Assembly: GCA_951406725.2 (NCBI GenBank)
Contig: OX597817.1
Location: 24,800,001 to 24,864,000 of the forward strand
From: Octopus vulgaris
Lineage: Eukaryota
Reading direction: 5' to 3'
Length of the DNA: 64,000 nt
Shown here in pieces: positions 51,041 to 63,420 of the stretch. Under the pieces are notes generated by a model that searched no databases, was not told where the DNA came from, and saw nothing but the letters and a program-made list of their open reading frames with translations. Positions within the stretch are counted from its first letter, which is position 1. Each line of letters opens with the position of its first letter. The position numbers and the translations under genes are program-made.

Positions 51041-51907
51041 ATTCAAAACAAACATGCTTATTGTCTTACAAAACTGTTGGACAAGATCTAAGAGGAGGAT
51101 TTTCGTGGCAATTCTATAAAACAAGACTAAAAGACAGCGTTACCAGGCCCACAAAAGACAACTGTTAGTGGAGCAGAAGAGAATTACTGTAAGGCGCCAA
51201 AATCATTAGAAACTTAAACGAGGGACCTTTTGGGGGATTACTTAAGTTTAAAACATACAATTATGAAATTAGTTTCGCTACAACCTCAACAGATTTCGTC
51301 GTCTTTTATGTACAACTGTTGACCTCCGATGCTAGAAATAACTAGCATCAGTTAGCTCATCAACTCAAGTACGAGTGATATCGACATCTAACAGTCACAA
51401 GCCTAAATATTGAATCTCTAAAGAAGATTGGCACCTGCAATATATGTCGTTTATATACAATTAACTCCTCTTGTATTGCATGAACACATGAACACCTTCG
51501 TATGAATGAAGCAATAAATGATGTATATAAACTGACAACAAATCTTTCGTCATAACCATGCTATAATCCCTTTGCTGAGACCTTCCTGTGTTTCTGGATA
51601 GGTTATTAATACTTAAACGTGTGTGTGTGTGTGACGAAGGAAGGGTTATGGAAAGGAAATAAGTTATATAATATCGTGTTCAACCCAACGTGTATGCATA
51701 TGATAAACCGGCAAAGTTAAGTCAACATAATACCTGATTTTTCTTTGAGCGCTTAGTATCTTTCCAAATTATTTACCGAATGAGTGCGTACTGCTAGACT
51801 AATAAAGAGTACAAAGACAAATTTGACGTATAATATCGGAAAAATTAATCTAATTGTAACTATTAAGTGACTAGCAAAAAACCGTCCGGGACAGTCTTTC
51901 TACTAGT

Positions 51908-52601
51908 CAGTGGCGGCTCGTAGATAAAATTAGTGGGAGCGCTGCTTCAGAAAACTTTTAACCGTTGTTTTAATATTGTGTAAAAGAAAACAAATATATA
52001 AAAAGAAAATTTATACGCAAACTTGATCGGTTCGCGTTTTAGCCACTGCCGGGTAGTGTTTAATTTGTTCACGGAACTCCGCCGCGAATTCCCCCTTGTT
52101 TTTCAAAACTCCCTTAAATCGCAAAATAAGGGGATAAATCTGCCCTATTTTTCAAATCCTGACAGCAATACGGTAGCTGGAAGCAGGATAATAACCTAAT
52201 TCTATACTTTATTGCATTCAAGAATATAAACACGCTTTTGAGCACAACACACGCGGAGTTATAAAGAAACTACCTTTCACCAACACACAAGGGTCGGCAC
52301 TGCGGGAACGACAGTGCTCCCTCATCTCTAGCGTGCAGCTTCCTATCTCGGACATGTTAGCATGCGCACAACAGCCGAACACTGCGTCACTGGAACTGTG
52401 AAGCACACAGTTCAATACATGGATTTTTTTTTTCGTAAACTAGAGGATGGCTATTTACATTAAGCTTAAGGATTATATAATGTACAAGTATAAAGAAAGA
52501 ATTAAAGAAAAAAGGACTCTTTATATTGAATGTTATCGATAATATTGAGCGGCAATAAGGGGTACTGCAGTTCTGCAGTGCCTAAACACGAGTCGCCACT
52601 G
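51908..52601. mobile_element. Non-autonomous hAT element
   Basis: TIR CAGTGGCGGCTCGT / ACGAGTCGCCACTG; 8-bp TSD CTACTAGT / CTAGTAGT. Confidence 0.8.
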
Positions 52602-53399
52602 CTAGTAGTGCATATAATTTTGCCCATAATTATATACAACGTCAAAATGTTTTTCCTTGCATTTTCTTTCTTTTTATATATCTTATTTCGCAGAAACAAT
52701 GTTATTTATTCCGAACGTAATCCAGAGAACATGCTATTAGTTATTTATAATAAATGTGTCATTGGTTTTGTTTGTTCTCTCTGCCAACAGAAATTATGAC
52801 ATAAATTGTGAGATGTAGTTTGAACCGAAGATTAGATTTCCAGTGAAAACATCGTCCAAGTTACATTTTTTTCTGTAGCTTTATATCCGTTAATATTCAA
52901 TTTTATTTGTCGACAATCCTAATATCAAATTGAGGATTCCCGTCCAATCCAAGAAAAGTCACAAAATAAAAAGGGAAAGATTTTCTGATATATTACCCGT
53001 CCCACAAATTGTTGATATCGAAGGAAATATAAATCGATAAAAAGTACCAAGAATGATTACTCCAATAAACTACAGAAATAAACGACAACTCTATGCACGA
53101 CGTAACTGAGAGCTGCATATATGTGCACCTGATGTAAATGAAATGTTTGTCAGTATGTCTACTAGACACAGTATGCGCAATATGGGATTGCATTATGTGC
53201 ATAGGAGTTTGCTATAATCTTAAGCAATAAATGTTCTCTCTGATGAAATTTAGCAGAGGTGAAATCTGTTCTCTGTATCTGTTGTAAAAAAATGTAACAT
53301 TCTATTGTTTAAAGAGAGGCATCAGTGTTGAATGGTCCTGTAGGTTGTTAATAAAGAAAAGCAATGAACATAGCATTGTTTACTGGTTATTCGCTTGCT

Positions 53400-53966
53400 A
53401 CAGCGTGTGGGGTATTTCAACCGTGTTTCGTGGTCTGCTACCACAACAGCTCCTTTATAGGATCCAGTTAGCTCAATACATCATCAGGAGGAACCACGTC
53501 CGGTTTCGGCCTCTACTCCTCTACCGTCTTGACGTGGCGGGGCTGTCTTCAGCTCTGGTGTTGGGTGCATGTCTTCTTTCTTCTGTTCCCTGGCCTCTTC
53601 GATGTAGCGTCAACGAGTGTCAACGGGCGAATTTTTTATAACTCGCTGCGTCATTTGCTTTCGGCCACTTAATCTTTGTCCTCTTCATGCCTATCACTCT
53701 TTTAGACTGTTCCAATTCAACTGTGGAATGAACCTCGCTATGGTTATTTTCCAGGAGGTTCTGGCCACACGTCTTATGGTTTATCAACTCGCGTTGTTGA
53801 ATTACTTTCTTCTGACACACCTTCCCTTGGTGGATTCTCAGCCCGATGTAACTAGCAAACACCTTTCCGCAGCAGCTGAACTCCTCCTCGACCATTCGAG
53901 TTGTCTCTCCGTTGTTGACTGTGAAACGAGACGATAAGGCTCTATTGTTCCTTTCTGTGGCTGCAT
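53400..53966 (-). mobile_element. Internally deleted HERO-like RLE non-LTR element
   Basis: ORF 53620-53895 has the zinc-finger-like CCGKVFASYIGLRIHQGKVC and IKWPKAND, joined directly to a 3'UTR-like segment. Confidence 0.65.
53475..53537 (-). ncRNA. Candidate non-circularly permuted hammerhead ribozyme
   Basis: Minus strand: CCACGUC aaga CGGU-A|GAGGAG uag AGGCC GAAA CCG GACGUGG UUCCUC CUGAUGA uGUAUU. Confidence 0.55.
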
Positions 53967-53974
53967 ATCCGTCG

Positions 53975-54349
53975 CAATGGCCCAGTGGTTAGGGCAGCGG
54001 ACTCGCGGTCATAGGATCGCGTTTTCGATTCCCAGACCGGGCGTTGTGAGTGTTTATTGAGCGGAAACACCTAAAGCTCCACGAGGCTCCGGCAGGGGAT
54101 GGTGGTGATCCCTGCTGTACTCTTTCACCATAACTTTCTCTCACTCTTACTTCCTGTTTCTGTTGTGCCTGTATTTCAAAGGGCCGGCCTTGTCAGTCTC
54201 TGTGTCACGCTGAATATCCCCGAGAACTACGTTAAGGGTACACGTGACTGTGGAGTGCTCAGCCACTTACACGTTAATTTCACGAGCAGGCTGTTCCGTT
54301 GATTCGGATCAACCGGAACCCTTGTCGTCGTAACCGACGGAATGCTTCC
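53975..54349 (+). mobile_element. SINE family D
   Basis: TSD ATCCGTCG at 53967-53974 and 54350-54357. Confidence 0.9.
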
Positions 54350-54956
54350 ATCCGTCGATGGCTTTCTGCAAAATAGAATGTAATTTGGTTATCTTCAAGA
54401 ACTGTGACATTATGACTTTCTGTATTGTAACGATATTTTTTATGACTACGATGTCACCGGCGTAGAACCTATGATTGGTGGACCATTTTATAAGAGCGAT
54501 GATTTGAGATACTGTTCTATACAAGGTGTGTGTGTGTGTGTGTACTCGCGCATCAATGAGCGGTCTTGCGTAAATGATGTAACACTTATACACCGTAAGT
54601 CGGTGATTTTGACCAATCGTATGTACAGGCATACCTCACCTAACGTCGTTTCGATTTGCATCTTTTCCGACATTACAATTTTTTTTAAAGAAATTAATGG
54701 AAAAAAAAACTTCAACTTCAATTGATTTATTCGACTTTACGCGGGTTACTTTCTCAAAATTTTGAATGTTATCCTCTTTCCATAGTAGAATATGTTTTAT
54801 ACTGTTGGCGATATAGTAGTGCTTGCTGAAAGTCCGTAAACCAACTAAATAGCCAAATGAGTGTGATACTGTGAGTATGTATAGTTTCTAAGCGATTGGG
54901 AAGCAACTCTGTGAAACTAGCATTGTTGTTATGTAAAGTTACAGGGCATCCGTGAA

Positions 54957-55916
54957 CAGTGGTGGCTCCTAGATAAAATTAGTGGGAGTGCTGCTTCAGA
55001 AAATATTTAGCAGTTGTTTTAATATTGTATAAAAGGAAACAAACATTATGGAGATGTACTTAGATAGCAAATGACCTGATCTGAGATCGTGTGTTGGAGC
55101 GAAAACAATTGCAGTGCGGAAGGTGTTTATAAGCCATTTAGGAAACACACAAAAGCCGTTAGATTCACTTCAACATTTAAATTTGCCAAAATATTTTCGT
55201 CGCTTTGAGACCGCGACCTGTTCACTGACAAAATTCCGCGCTGCATCGGAATTTTGTCAGTGAACAGGTCACGGTCTCAAAGCAACGAAAATATATTGGC
55301 AAATTAAATTTAAATGTTGAAGTGAATTTAACGGATTTTGTGTGTTTCTTAAATGGCTTAGAAACAAACATATTAAAAGAAAATTTATGCATATATTTGA
55401 TCGGTTCGCGTTTTAGCCACTGCCGGGTAGTGTGTTTAATTTGTTCACAGAATACCGCCGCGAATTCTCCCTTGTTTTTCAAAACTGCTCCCTAAATAAC
55501 AAAATAAAGGGACGAAATGTGCCCTATTTTTCAAATCCTGGTAGTAACACTGAAGCTGGAAACAGAATGACAAACTAATTCTACACTTTATCACATTCAA
55601 GAATATAAACACGCTTTTGAGCACAACACACTCGGAGTTATAAAAGAAACACTACCTTTCATTCGACACTCACGTTCATGCAGTCCTCTCTCTCCCTAGC
55701 ATGCAGCTTCCTATCTCGGGCATGTGAGCATGCACACAACAGACAAACGCTGCGTCACTGGAACTGTGATGCGCACAGTTCTATACAAGGATTTTTGTAT
55801 TTTTTCATACACAAATATAAAGAAAGAAGGGCACATTATCTTGAATGTTATCGATAATATTGAGTGGAAATAGTAGGTGCTGTAGTTCCACAGTTCCTAT
55901 ACACGAGCCGCCACTG
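54957..55916. mobile_element. Non-autonomous hAT element (paralog of 51908-52601) with nested palindromic insert
   Basis: Same TIRs; flanks TCCGTGAA / CCTGTGAA; extra ~55046-55370 segment. Confidence 0.8.
55182..55232 (-). ncRNA. Type I hammerhead variant with G3:C8 core
   Basis: Minus strand: UUUGUCA GUGAACA g GUCGC..GCGAC GAAA AUAU UU UGGCAAA; mirrored, CpG-decayed copy at 55253-55303 (+). Confidence 0.6.
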
Positions 55917-56126
55917 CCTGTGAATCAATTGTAAACGAAATAACTGTGACAGTGCATCTGTTTGTGCTACCAGTATTAAAAGGCAATACAACATAATGAA
56001 CAAAATATAATGTAGAATGCTTGGAATATCAGAATAACACCATAGCATTATAGACGAAAGAAGAATGAAAATTAACCTGTTGAGCAAGATGAAAATATGT
56101 CAGTGCTGTGTGTGCGTGTGTATGTA

Positions 56127-56159
<33 letters not shown>

Positions 56160-56164
56160 ATGTC

Positions 56165-56610
56165 AGGTCACTTTCGAGTGCTACTGGTAACATGTAACCC
56201 AGTACAACCTGTTGCATGGTCGGGTTGTCGGCGACTAAACTGGCAACCCCACCAAGCTTGCTTGGTGAGGAAGGTGTTTATTGGACACCCTGCGGCATCA
56301 AAAACAAAACCCGTCAAAGGTCGGAGTGAACGGCCATCCAATAAATGTCTTAAGGCTGTATCATGCGTGGGGACATAGAAATAATCGGATTGAATACCCG
56401 ATCTCGCGGTTAAACCATTGGGAGTGAAGGACTCCTAGCCTTTGTTAAGGCATCCTTCTAGGAGAAGGTAACTCAGGTAACTGGGATAACTCTGACATAA
56501 AACCTGCGGCTCTGTGGTTACCGATGATGTTAACTTGTTCTTCTTTTCGGATTATGGCTGCTGTTGCTTAGTGAATGGGATTGACTCAGTGCACAGCCTC
56601 TTCTCACTTA
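56165..56610 (+). mobile_element. Probable RTE-clade LINE 5'UTR-derived repeat
   Basis: GGCATCCTTCTAGGAGAAGGTAACTC...AAACC resembles RTE 5'UTRs; hairpin-rich. Confidence 0.4.
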
Positions 56611-56804
56611 AAAAAAAATCTTCTTGCTGAAGCATTGCCAATAAAAAAAGTGAACGCGTAAAAATTTGTAAGTTTTGCCATTGCATTAAGCCTCAGACAA
56701 TAGGCTGCCTTATGAGAAAGTCTGCTGAATGCAACAGTGAAAGAAGTGCTTGGAAAAAGTTTACAAACTGCTCGAAGCCAATGAAATATAGATAGCGTAT
56801 TATC

Positions 56805-57293
56805 GACACTGAAAGGATGAAAGGCAAAGTCGACCTCGACGGATTTTGAACTCAGAACGTAACGGCAGACGAAATACGAATTTCTTTATTACTCACAAGG
56901 GGTTAAACACAGAGAGGACAAACAAGGACAGACAAACGGATTAAGTCGATTACATTGACCCCAGTGAGTACCTGGTGCTTAATTTATCAATCCCAAGAGG
57001 ATGAAAGGCAAAGTCGACCTCGGTGGAATTTGAACTCAAAAGGTAACGGCATATGAATTACCTATTTCTTTACTACCCACAAGGGGCTAAACACAGAAGG
57101 GACAAACAAGGACAGACAAACGGATTAAGTCGATTATATCGAGTCCAGTGCATAACTGATACTTATTTAATCGAGCCCGAAAGGATGAAAGGCAAAGTCG
57201 ACCTCGGCGGAATTTGAACTCAGAAGGTAATGGCAGACGAAATACCGCTAAGCATTTCGCCCGGCATGCTAACGTTTCTGCCAGCTAGTCGCC
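56805..57293 (-). mobile_element. SINE family B with tandemly triplicated body
   Basis: Three AAGGCAAAGTCGACCTC...TTTGAACTCA units and one head at ~57240-57293. Confidence 0.85.
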
Positions 57294-57644
57294 CTCACAG
57301 AGAGAGAATATTATCAGTACCATCATCATCATTATCAACACCTTTTTCTTTTAAATTTTGGTTAAAATGTTTTCATCTGAAAAGATTAGAGAAGAGAAAA
57401 TACATTTTATATCAATCTGTGGGTTTCAGTAAGTGTTTTAAAGGCCGGGAGTTCGTTAAAAGAATACATCCATATAAATTGACTTTAAATGTTATGCACG
57501 CAAGTGGAAAACACTACAGCCTTCCTCAAGCGAGGAAATAGACGATACCCAATGCGTAATCAAACATTTCATACCTATAAATGGGCTAAAGCATTTCTTA
57601 GCACCTGATGTCGAATTTCAAATTGGGGACATCAGGGAGAAAGA

Positions 57645-59445
57645 GGTGAAATTGTTTTGTGAGAAAATCTAGGACAAAGAGTGCTCTAGAAGGTGATGGC
57701 GTCTCGTATAAAGTATATAAATATTGCAACCGTCTACAAAAGAAGCTCTTTGACCTGCTCCGACAGCTGTGGAGCGAAGAGATTCTAGTAAAAGATTGGT
57801 GTAAGTCAGAAGGAATATACCTGCCGAAGGAGGCCAACGCAGAGACTATAAAACAGTTTATTAAATGTGGGAGGCAAGATCTTTATGGGAATTCTTTCAA
57901 GGAGAACAGTGGCATATCTACAGAGTAATGGATATGTTGATGAATCCGTTCAAAAGGCCGAAATCCCTGGATGCGTTGAACATGATTTGGAAAGCGATCC
58001 AGGATGCCAAATAGAACGTGGGATGGCTTGATCTAGCTAATGCATATGGTTCAATGCCACACGAATTACTGATCAGAACCATGGACCACTTCTACATTCC
58101 GGAAAAAGTAACAAAATTAATGACAATTTCGAAATGAGGCTTACAGCTGGAAATTTTACAGCAGATTGACACCGAACAAATCGCCCCTGTACAATCACCT
58201 AAGAAGACCTTCACAGATGATGTGACTCTTCTGTCGAAAGACAAGCAAATCATGCAGTGTGCCCTCTTGAGGCTAGACGAGCTTGTGAAGTGGTCAAGGA
58301 TGCGATTCAAAGCAAAAATGTCGTGTAGTCTGACATTTATTAAGGGAGTGCAAAAAGAAGTTAAGTTTAAAATAGCTGAAGAAAGCATTCCAACAGTCAA
58401 GGAAGAACCTGTCAAGCACTTGCGGTGTGTATACACTGGAACATTGTCAGGTAGGTGTCGCGGGATGCAAATTATGACGCAAGCAAAGGATGGGTTAACA
58501 GCAATTGATAACTCAAAGCTACCAGTTATGGGGCTTATTGTTCAACCTGTATCTATGCCATTCATGGTCACTTTTATTATATGAGGTGGCACTATCACGA
58601 GTTCAAATCATTGAACAAAAGTGTAATGTGTTCATTAGAAAGTGGCTAGGTCTACTTCAGATGTTGAACAGTTCAGCTCTCTATCATAAAAGAGCCTCAT
58701 TGCAGCTACCATTGGCATAAATAGTCGAAATTTATAAACTAGAGAAGTTATGAACAGTGATGATGTTGAGAGATTCGAAGGATATAGAAATCATGCTTAA
58801 TCCACCAGATGTAAAAACAGCCAGAATGTGGAAAGTAGAAGCAGAGACTGATGACATCCTGTCATCACTAACACACCGAGATGTGGTGGGTGCAACGCAA
58901 ATTCATCGGAAGGGACTTGGATTTGGCGCAGATCGGTTCAGACCGTTTGCAAGCATGATGCGGACCAAATACAGATCTGTTGTTAGCAACAGCATCAAAG
59001 CAAAAAAAAAAAAACAGAAAAAAGAGCTTCATTTGATCCAATGCGCTCAACAAGGACAGATGGCGAAATGGGAGGAACAGATGTATCTATTCAAAGCAAA
59101 TACCACTATGAGTAATATCCAAACTATAGAGGAAAAGGCAAACCACTAGATTTGGTTAAAAAGAGATGATGAGCGATGACTAGAAGAATATTGAGCTATA
59201 TCTAATAACCTGTTGACCTTGCAAGCGGGGCTTCATTTCAGTGAGGGAAGGGGTGGTGGGCAAGGATGCCGCCGAGAGATAGGACCCGAAACAGCGCGCA
59301 TTCTCTCCTGATGATCCCATACACTTGTTGTCTTCCGGCATGCGGAGCTTTCGACTGATAGCACTTGTATATGTAAGTCGGTAACAAAACATGGCAAACC
59401 CATGTTTACCTTTTGTGACCCTTGTATTCACACCAGCATACTGAA
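57645..59445 (+). mobile_element. Decayed HERO-like RLE non-LTR retrotransposon (RT, C-terminus, 3'UTR)
   Basis: RKSRTKSA..GDGVSYKVYKYC..WCKSEGIYLPKE; WLDLANAYGSMPH; FTDDVTLL; WSRMRFKAKMSCSL; IRKWLGL; terminal EEKANH*IWLKRDD; many frameshifts. Confidence 0.85.
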
Positions 59446-59949
59446 ATCATCAGCTCTAAGACTGTAGCAGTTACTAGATTTTGTATATTAGTATACATTG
59501 GATATTCACACATCTAATTTGCGCTTTACATTACGAAGATATTATTCACACAGACAGACAAAGAAAAAGAAAAACGATAATAATTATCAAGACAGAAAAT
59601 AAATATTTTGTTTTATAGAACTGTCAAAATGTAGATAGAAATGCACTTAGCCAAAATGCTATTACAGGTAGAATTCAGTGACTATCGGCGAGGTAAAAAA
59701 GCTTGAGACAGGCTGATTCTAAAATTTGTTCTCTTCTCTTCTGCTTGCTATATGGTCGAAGGTCACCCATATCAGTTGGATTTTCTTCGTTTCTCGACGA
59801 GATTTTTCAAATTTGTTTCACACCATTCACTTTAAAATTAAGTGTGATGGAGGGAACCGTTTCTGAAATAATATAGTAACCTATAAGCTTCTAAACTTAA
59901 CCTACCTCCTACTTTGATGACAGCCATCACCATTAGAACAAATTCCTAC

Positions 59950-60690
59950 ACCCCCACAACAACACACCATTAAAATGATTTTTTTTTGTTAGTTTTTGTC
60001 ACTTCATTATATTCAGCATGCCGAAATATTTGGAATTCACATTTAAAACAAAGCAAACATTCCTAAATTCTTCCCCCTCCATCATCCTTTCACAATTCGA
60101 ATGTTTTCTTTCTTTTTCTTTTTGTTTCGTTATTTTTCTTTTATATTTTTTCCATATTGTAAAATCTTTCTTCTTTGAGACATTAAAATTAAATTCAAAG
60201 AAAAACAAGACTATACTGACACCTTATTTACATTGACATAATTCCCATCAAATTAAATTCTACATGTTATTTTTCATCTTCCAAAGAAGACAAAAATAAA
60301 CAGATATACATAAAAGATTTAATATAGGACTTGGACTTGGTGCTGCTACGAAAAACTGTTGTTATGATAGCCGGAGGGAAAAGATAAAATATGTTTGACC
60401 CTATTATACTTCTTCTCAATTTAAAAATATTCTTCTCTACATTTTAAATAAATGAAATTATTGTTTTATAGATACTTCTTTCAAAATTCTAATTTTGTTT
60501 TCACACATCAACTAGTATTTAATTTTTTCTTTAATTGTGAAGGATACGATGAAAGACAGGTGGTTGAGTGGGTGGTGGTTAAGAATTTTGTTTTTATTTT
60601 AAATGCAAATTACAAGTGTTTCAGATTGACTAAAATAAAATAACTAAAGGCTGTGAAAAGAATATCATTTTGGTGGTAGTTGCCGTGTCG
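59950..60690. mobile_element. Old inverted-repeat element
   Basis: Degenerate complementarity between ~59950-60100 and ~60530-60690. Confidence 0.35.
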
Positions 60691-60767
60691 GGTTGGGATT
60701 GGAAGCAAAGTTTAAAATATATGGATTTAATTACTTTTTCTTAAAAAAATTTGGATTGTATTTGTTA

Positions 60768-61166
60768 CTAGCAGTATCGCCCGGCGTTGCTCGGGTTTGT
60801 AAGGGAAATAACTATATAAGCATTTTTAGAGAGTTATAGCCAAAATCTAGCAAAAAAATGCATTAAAAATGGAAAAAAAATTATGGTAAATTTTTTTTAA
60901 AATCGTTGACTCATCTTAGACATTTTTAGAGAGTTACTTCCCTTATATAATAGCGAAAAAAATGCATTAAAATGGAAAAAAATGAAGGTAAATTATTTTT
61001 TAAATCGTAGACTCATCGTAGACGCGCGCTAATACCCAGAAGGGCTCGATATGAATCACGACTATAAGATACCCGGTTTTGGTTAAACTGCACCGCAAAA
61101 TGTGGGAGTAGTTAGGAATCTAAATCGTAGGAGACAGACACACAACTTCTCTTTTATATATAAAGA
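60768..61166 (-). mobile_element. Non-autonomous Helitron
   Basis: A|CTAGCAGTATCGCCCGGCGTTGCTCGGG ... TATATAAAGA|T. Confidence 0.85.
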
Positions 61167-61610
61167 TATACGGGGAAATTGTTTATTTTTTAAATATTAT
61201 TGGTAATGAAGGTAAGAGGTGAAGTGGAGAGAAAGGTAGGGAAGGGGTGACGTTTAAGAATTATGAACTAGAGTTGTTTTAGAAAATGCTTCCCGCATCA
61301 TTTTGAAGTGATTGTTGCAAAATTAAATATTGAAACATCCCAGTGAAAACGCAGAAAATAGAAATTATGTGTATGAGCTATTCCGAAACAAACCCGCTTT
61401 ATGATCCAACTAAGGTTCATTAACTTCTGAACACATTTATAAGCGTTATTGTGTTTTCTATACTTGTCTCCGACAATAACCAACCAACTACATAAATTGT
61501 AAGGTGTGGTTGAATGGAAGAGGTTTTAGTTTGCTTCCTAACAACATGGTTCCGGGTTCAGTCCTACTACGCGGTGTCTTCTACTATAGCTGTCCTTTAT
61601 GAGTCTCTCA

Positions 61611-62126
61611 TCTATATATATATAAAACTGTAGTTGTGTGAGTGTTTGTCCCCTTCGATTTAGATTCCTAACTACTCCCACATTTTGCGGTGCAATTTAA
61701 CCAAAACCGGGTATCTTATAGTCGTGATTCATATCGAGCCCTTCTGGGTATTAGCGCGCGTCTACGATGAGTCTACGATTTAAAAAATAATTTAACATAA
61801 TTTTTTATTCCATTTTAATGCATAATTTTTCGTGTGTCGATGGCGGCGGAGTTGGCGTCCATGGTCACACCTGCACCTGTGTTGCTTCTCCCCCTTCTTC
61901 CCTCCCTCGCGAAGCTGTGGGGAAGGGAGTGTAAGCAAATCAACGTCGTAAAGCGTTGTCAAGGAGACCAGCGTTCTTTTAGAACAACGACTTCATGGCT
62001 TGAAGACACCAAAACAGAAATGGCTAAGAAAGCCCGAATTGGCATCTATAAGGGAAGTAACTCTCTAAAAATGCTTATATAGTTATTTCCCTTACAAACC
62101 CGAGCAACGCCGGGCGATACTGCTAG
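61611..62126 (+). mobile_element. Non-autonomous Helitron with GC-rich internal segment
   Basis: A|TCTATATATA ... CCCGAGCAACGCCGGGCGATACTGCTAG|T. Confidence 0.85.
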
Positions 62127-62459
62127 TTGGGTATAAAATGACACATATACGCGACTGGCAGACAAAGAGCTTTGGGATGTAGCAGAGGGAGAACACGACC
62201 AGCAAGGCACACGGGTGACGAACGGACACGGGCAGCGTCAGAAGCTCGCTAATATCATCGTGTCGAACTATCCATAACAATACAAACGACTAACTTCTTT
62301 TACAATAACATCCAAAATCTCTCAACCAGAAATAAAGTTTGTTCGTAAAATCCCCAAACAGATTTAGGTGGTGCAGGTCGTTATTGAGTCACCTAATATG
62401 ACTCTCAGAAAGTGGTAATTTCGGGTTAAACTAAAGCGTTAAACCCGGTCAAAAAAAAC

Positions 62460-63420
62460 AAAAAAAATTTTGTGTAACAGGCGTAAAACAACTTCCTCTA
62501 AACGAATATGAAAATAAATGCGCGCACGCGAAAGGGGAGTGGGGGAGAGGCCTCGGAAAATTCACATCGGGAATTTCCGAAAGCGTCTGAGGGGTTGACC
62601 CGGGCTCCAAAACAAAAGAAAATATAGTGTAATATGTGTAAAACAACTTGCTCTAAACGAATATGACAAAAAAAAATGCGCACTCGCGAAAGGGTGGGGG
62701 GTGGGGGAGAGGCCTCGGAAAATTTACATCGGGAATTTCCGAAAGCGTCTGAGGGGTTGACCCGGGCACCAAAACAAAAGAAAATATAGTGTAATATGTG
62801 TAAAACAACTTGCTCTAAACGAATATGACAAAAAAATGCGCGCACGCGAAAGGGGGGTGGGGGAGAAGCCTCGGAAAATTCACATCGGGAATTTCCGAAA
62901 GCGTCTGAGGGGTTGACCCGGGCACCAAAACAAAAGAAAATATAGTGTAATATGTGTAAAACAACTTGCTCTAAACGAATATGACAAAAAAAATGCGCGC
63001 ATGTGAAAGGGGGGTGGGGGAGAGGCCTCGGAAAATTCACATCGGGAATTTCCGAAAGCGTCTGAGGGGTTGACCCGGGCACCAAAACAAAAGAAAATAT
63101 AGTGTAATATGTGTAAAACAACTTGCTCTAAACGAATATGACAAACGAAATGCGCCCTCGCGAAAGGGGGGTGGGGGAGAGGCCTCGGAACATTTACATC
63201 GGGAATTTCCGAAAGCGTATGACCCGGGCACAAAAACAAAAACAGTGTGTAACAATAGGTGTAAAACAACTTGCTCTAAACGAATATGATGAAAAAAATG
63301 CGCGCTCGCGAAAGGGGGGTGGGGGAGAGACCTCGGAAATTTCAAATTTTCAGTCCACGGCCTTTAAACTAAGAAAAAAATAGTGTAATTGGTGTAAAAC
63401 TACTTGTTCTAAACGATTAT
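62460..63420. repeat. Tandem array, ~156-bp unit, ~6 copies
   Basis: GTAAAACAACTT-like anchor at 62483, 62638, 62800, 62956, 63113, 63261 and 63394. Confidence 0.95.

Noticed and set aside
62449-63383. Long repetitive ORFs (up to 207 aa) and a possible CRISPR-like array
   Set aside because: ORFs arise from a 156-bp unit and shift frame between units; there are no unique spacers and no cas genes
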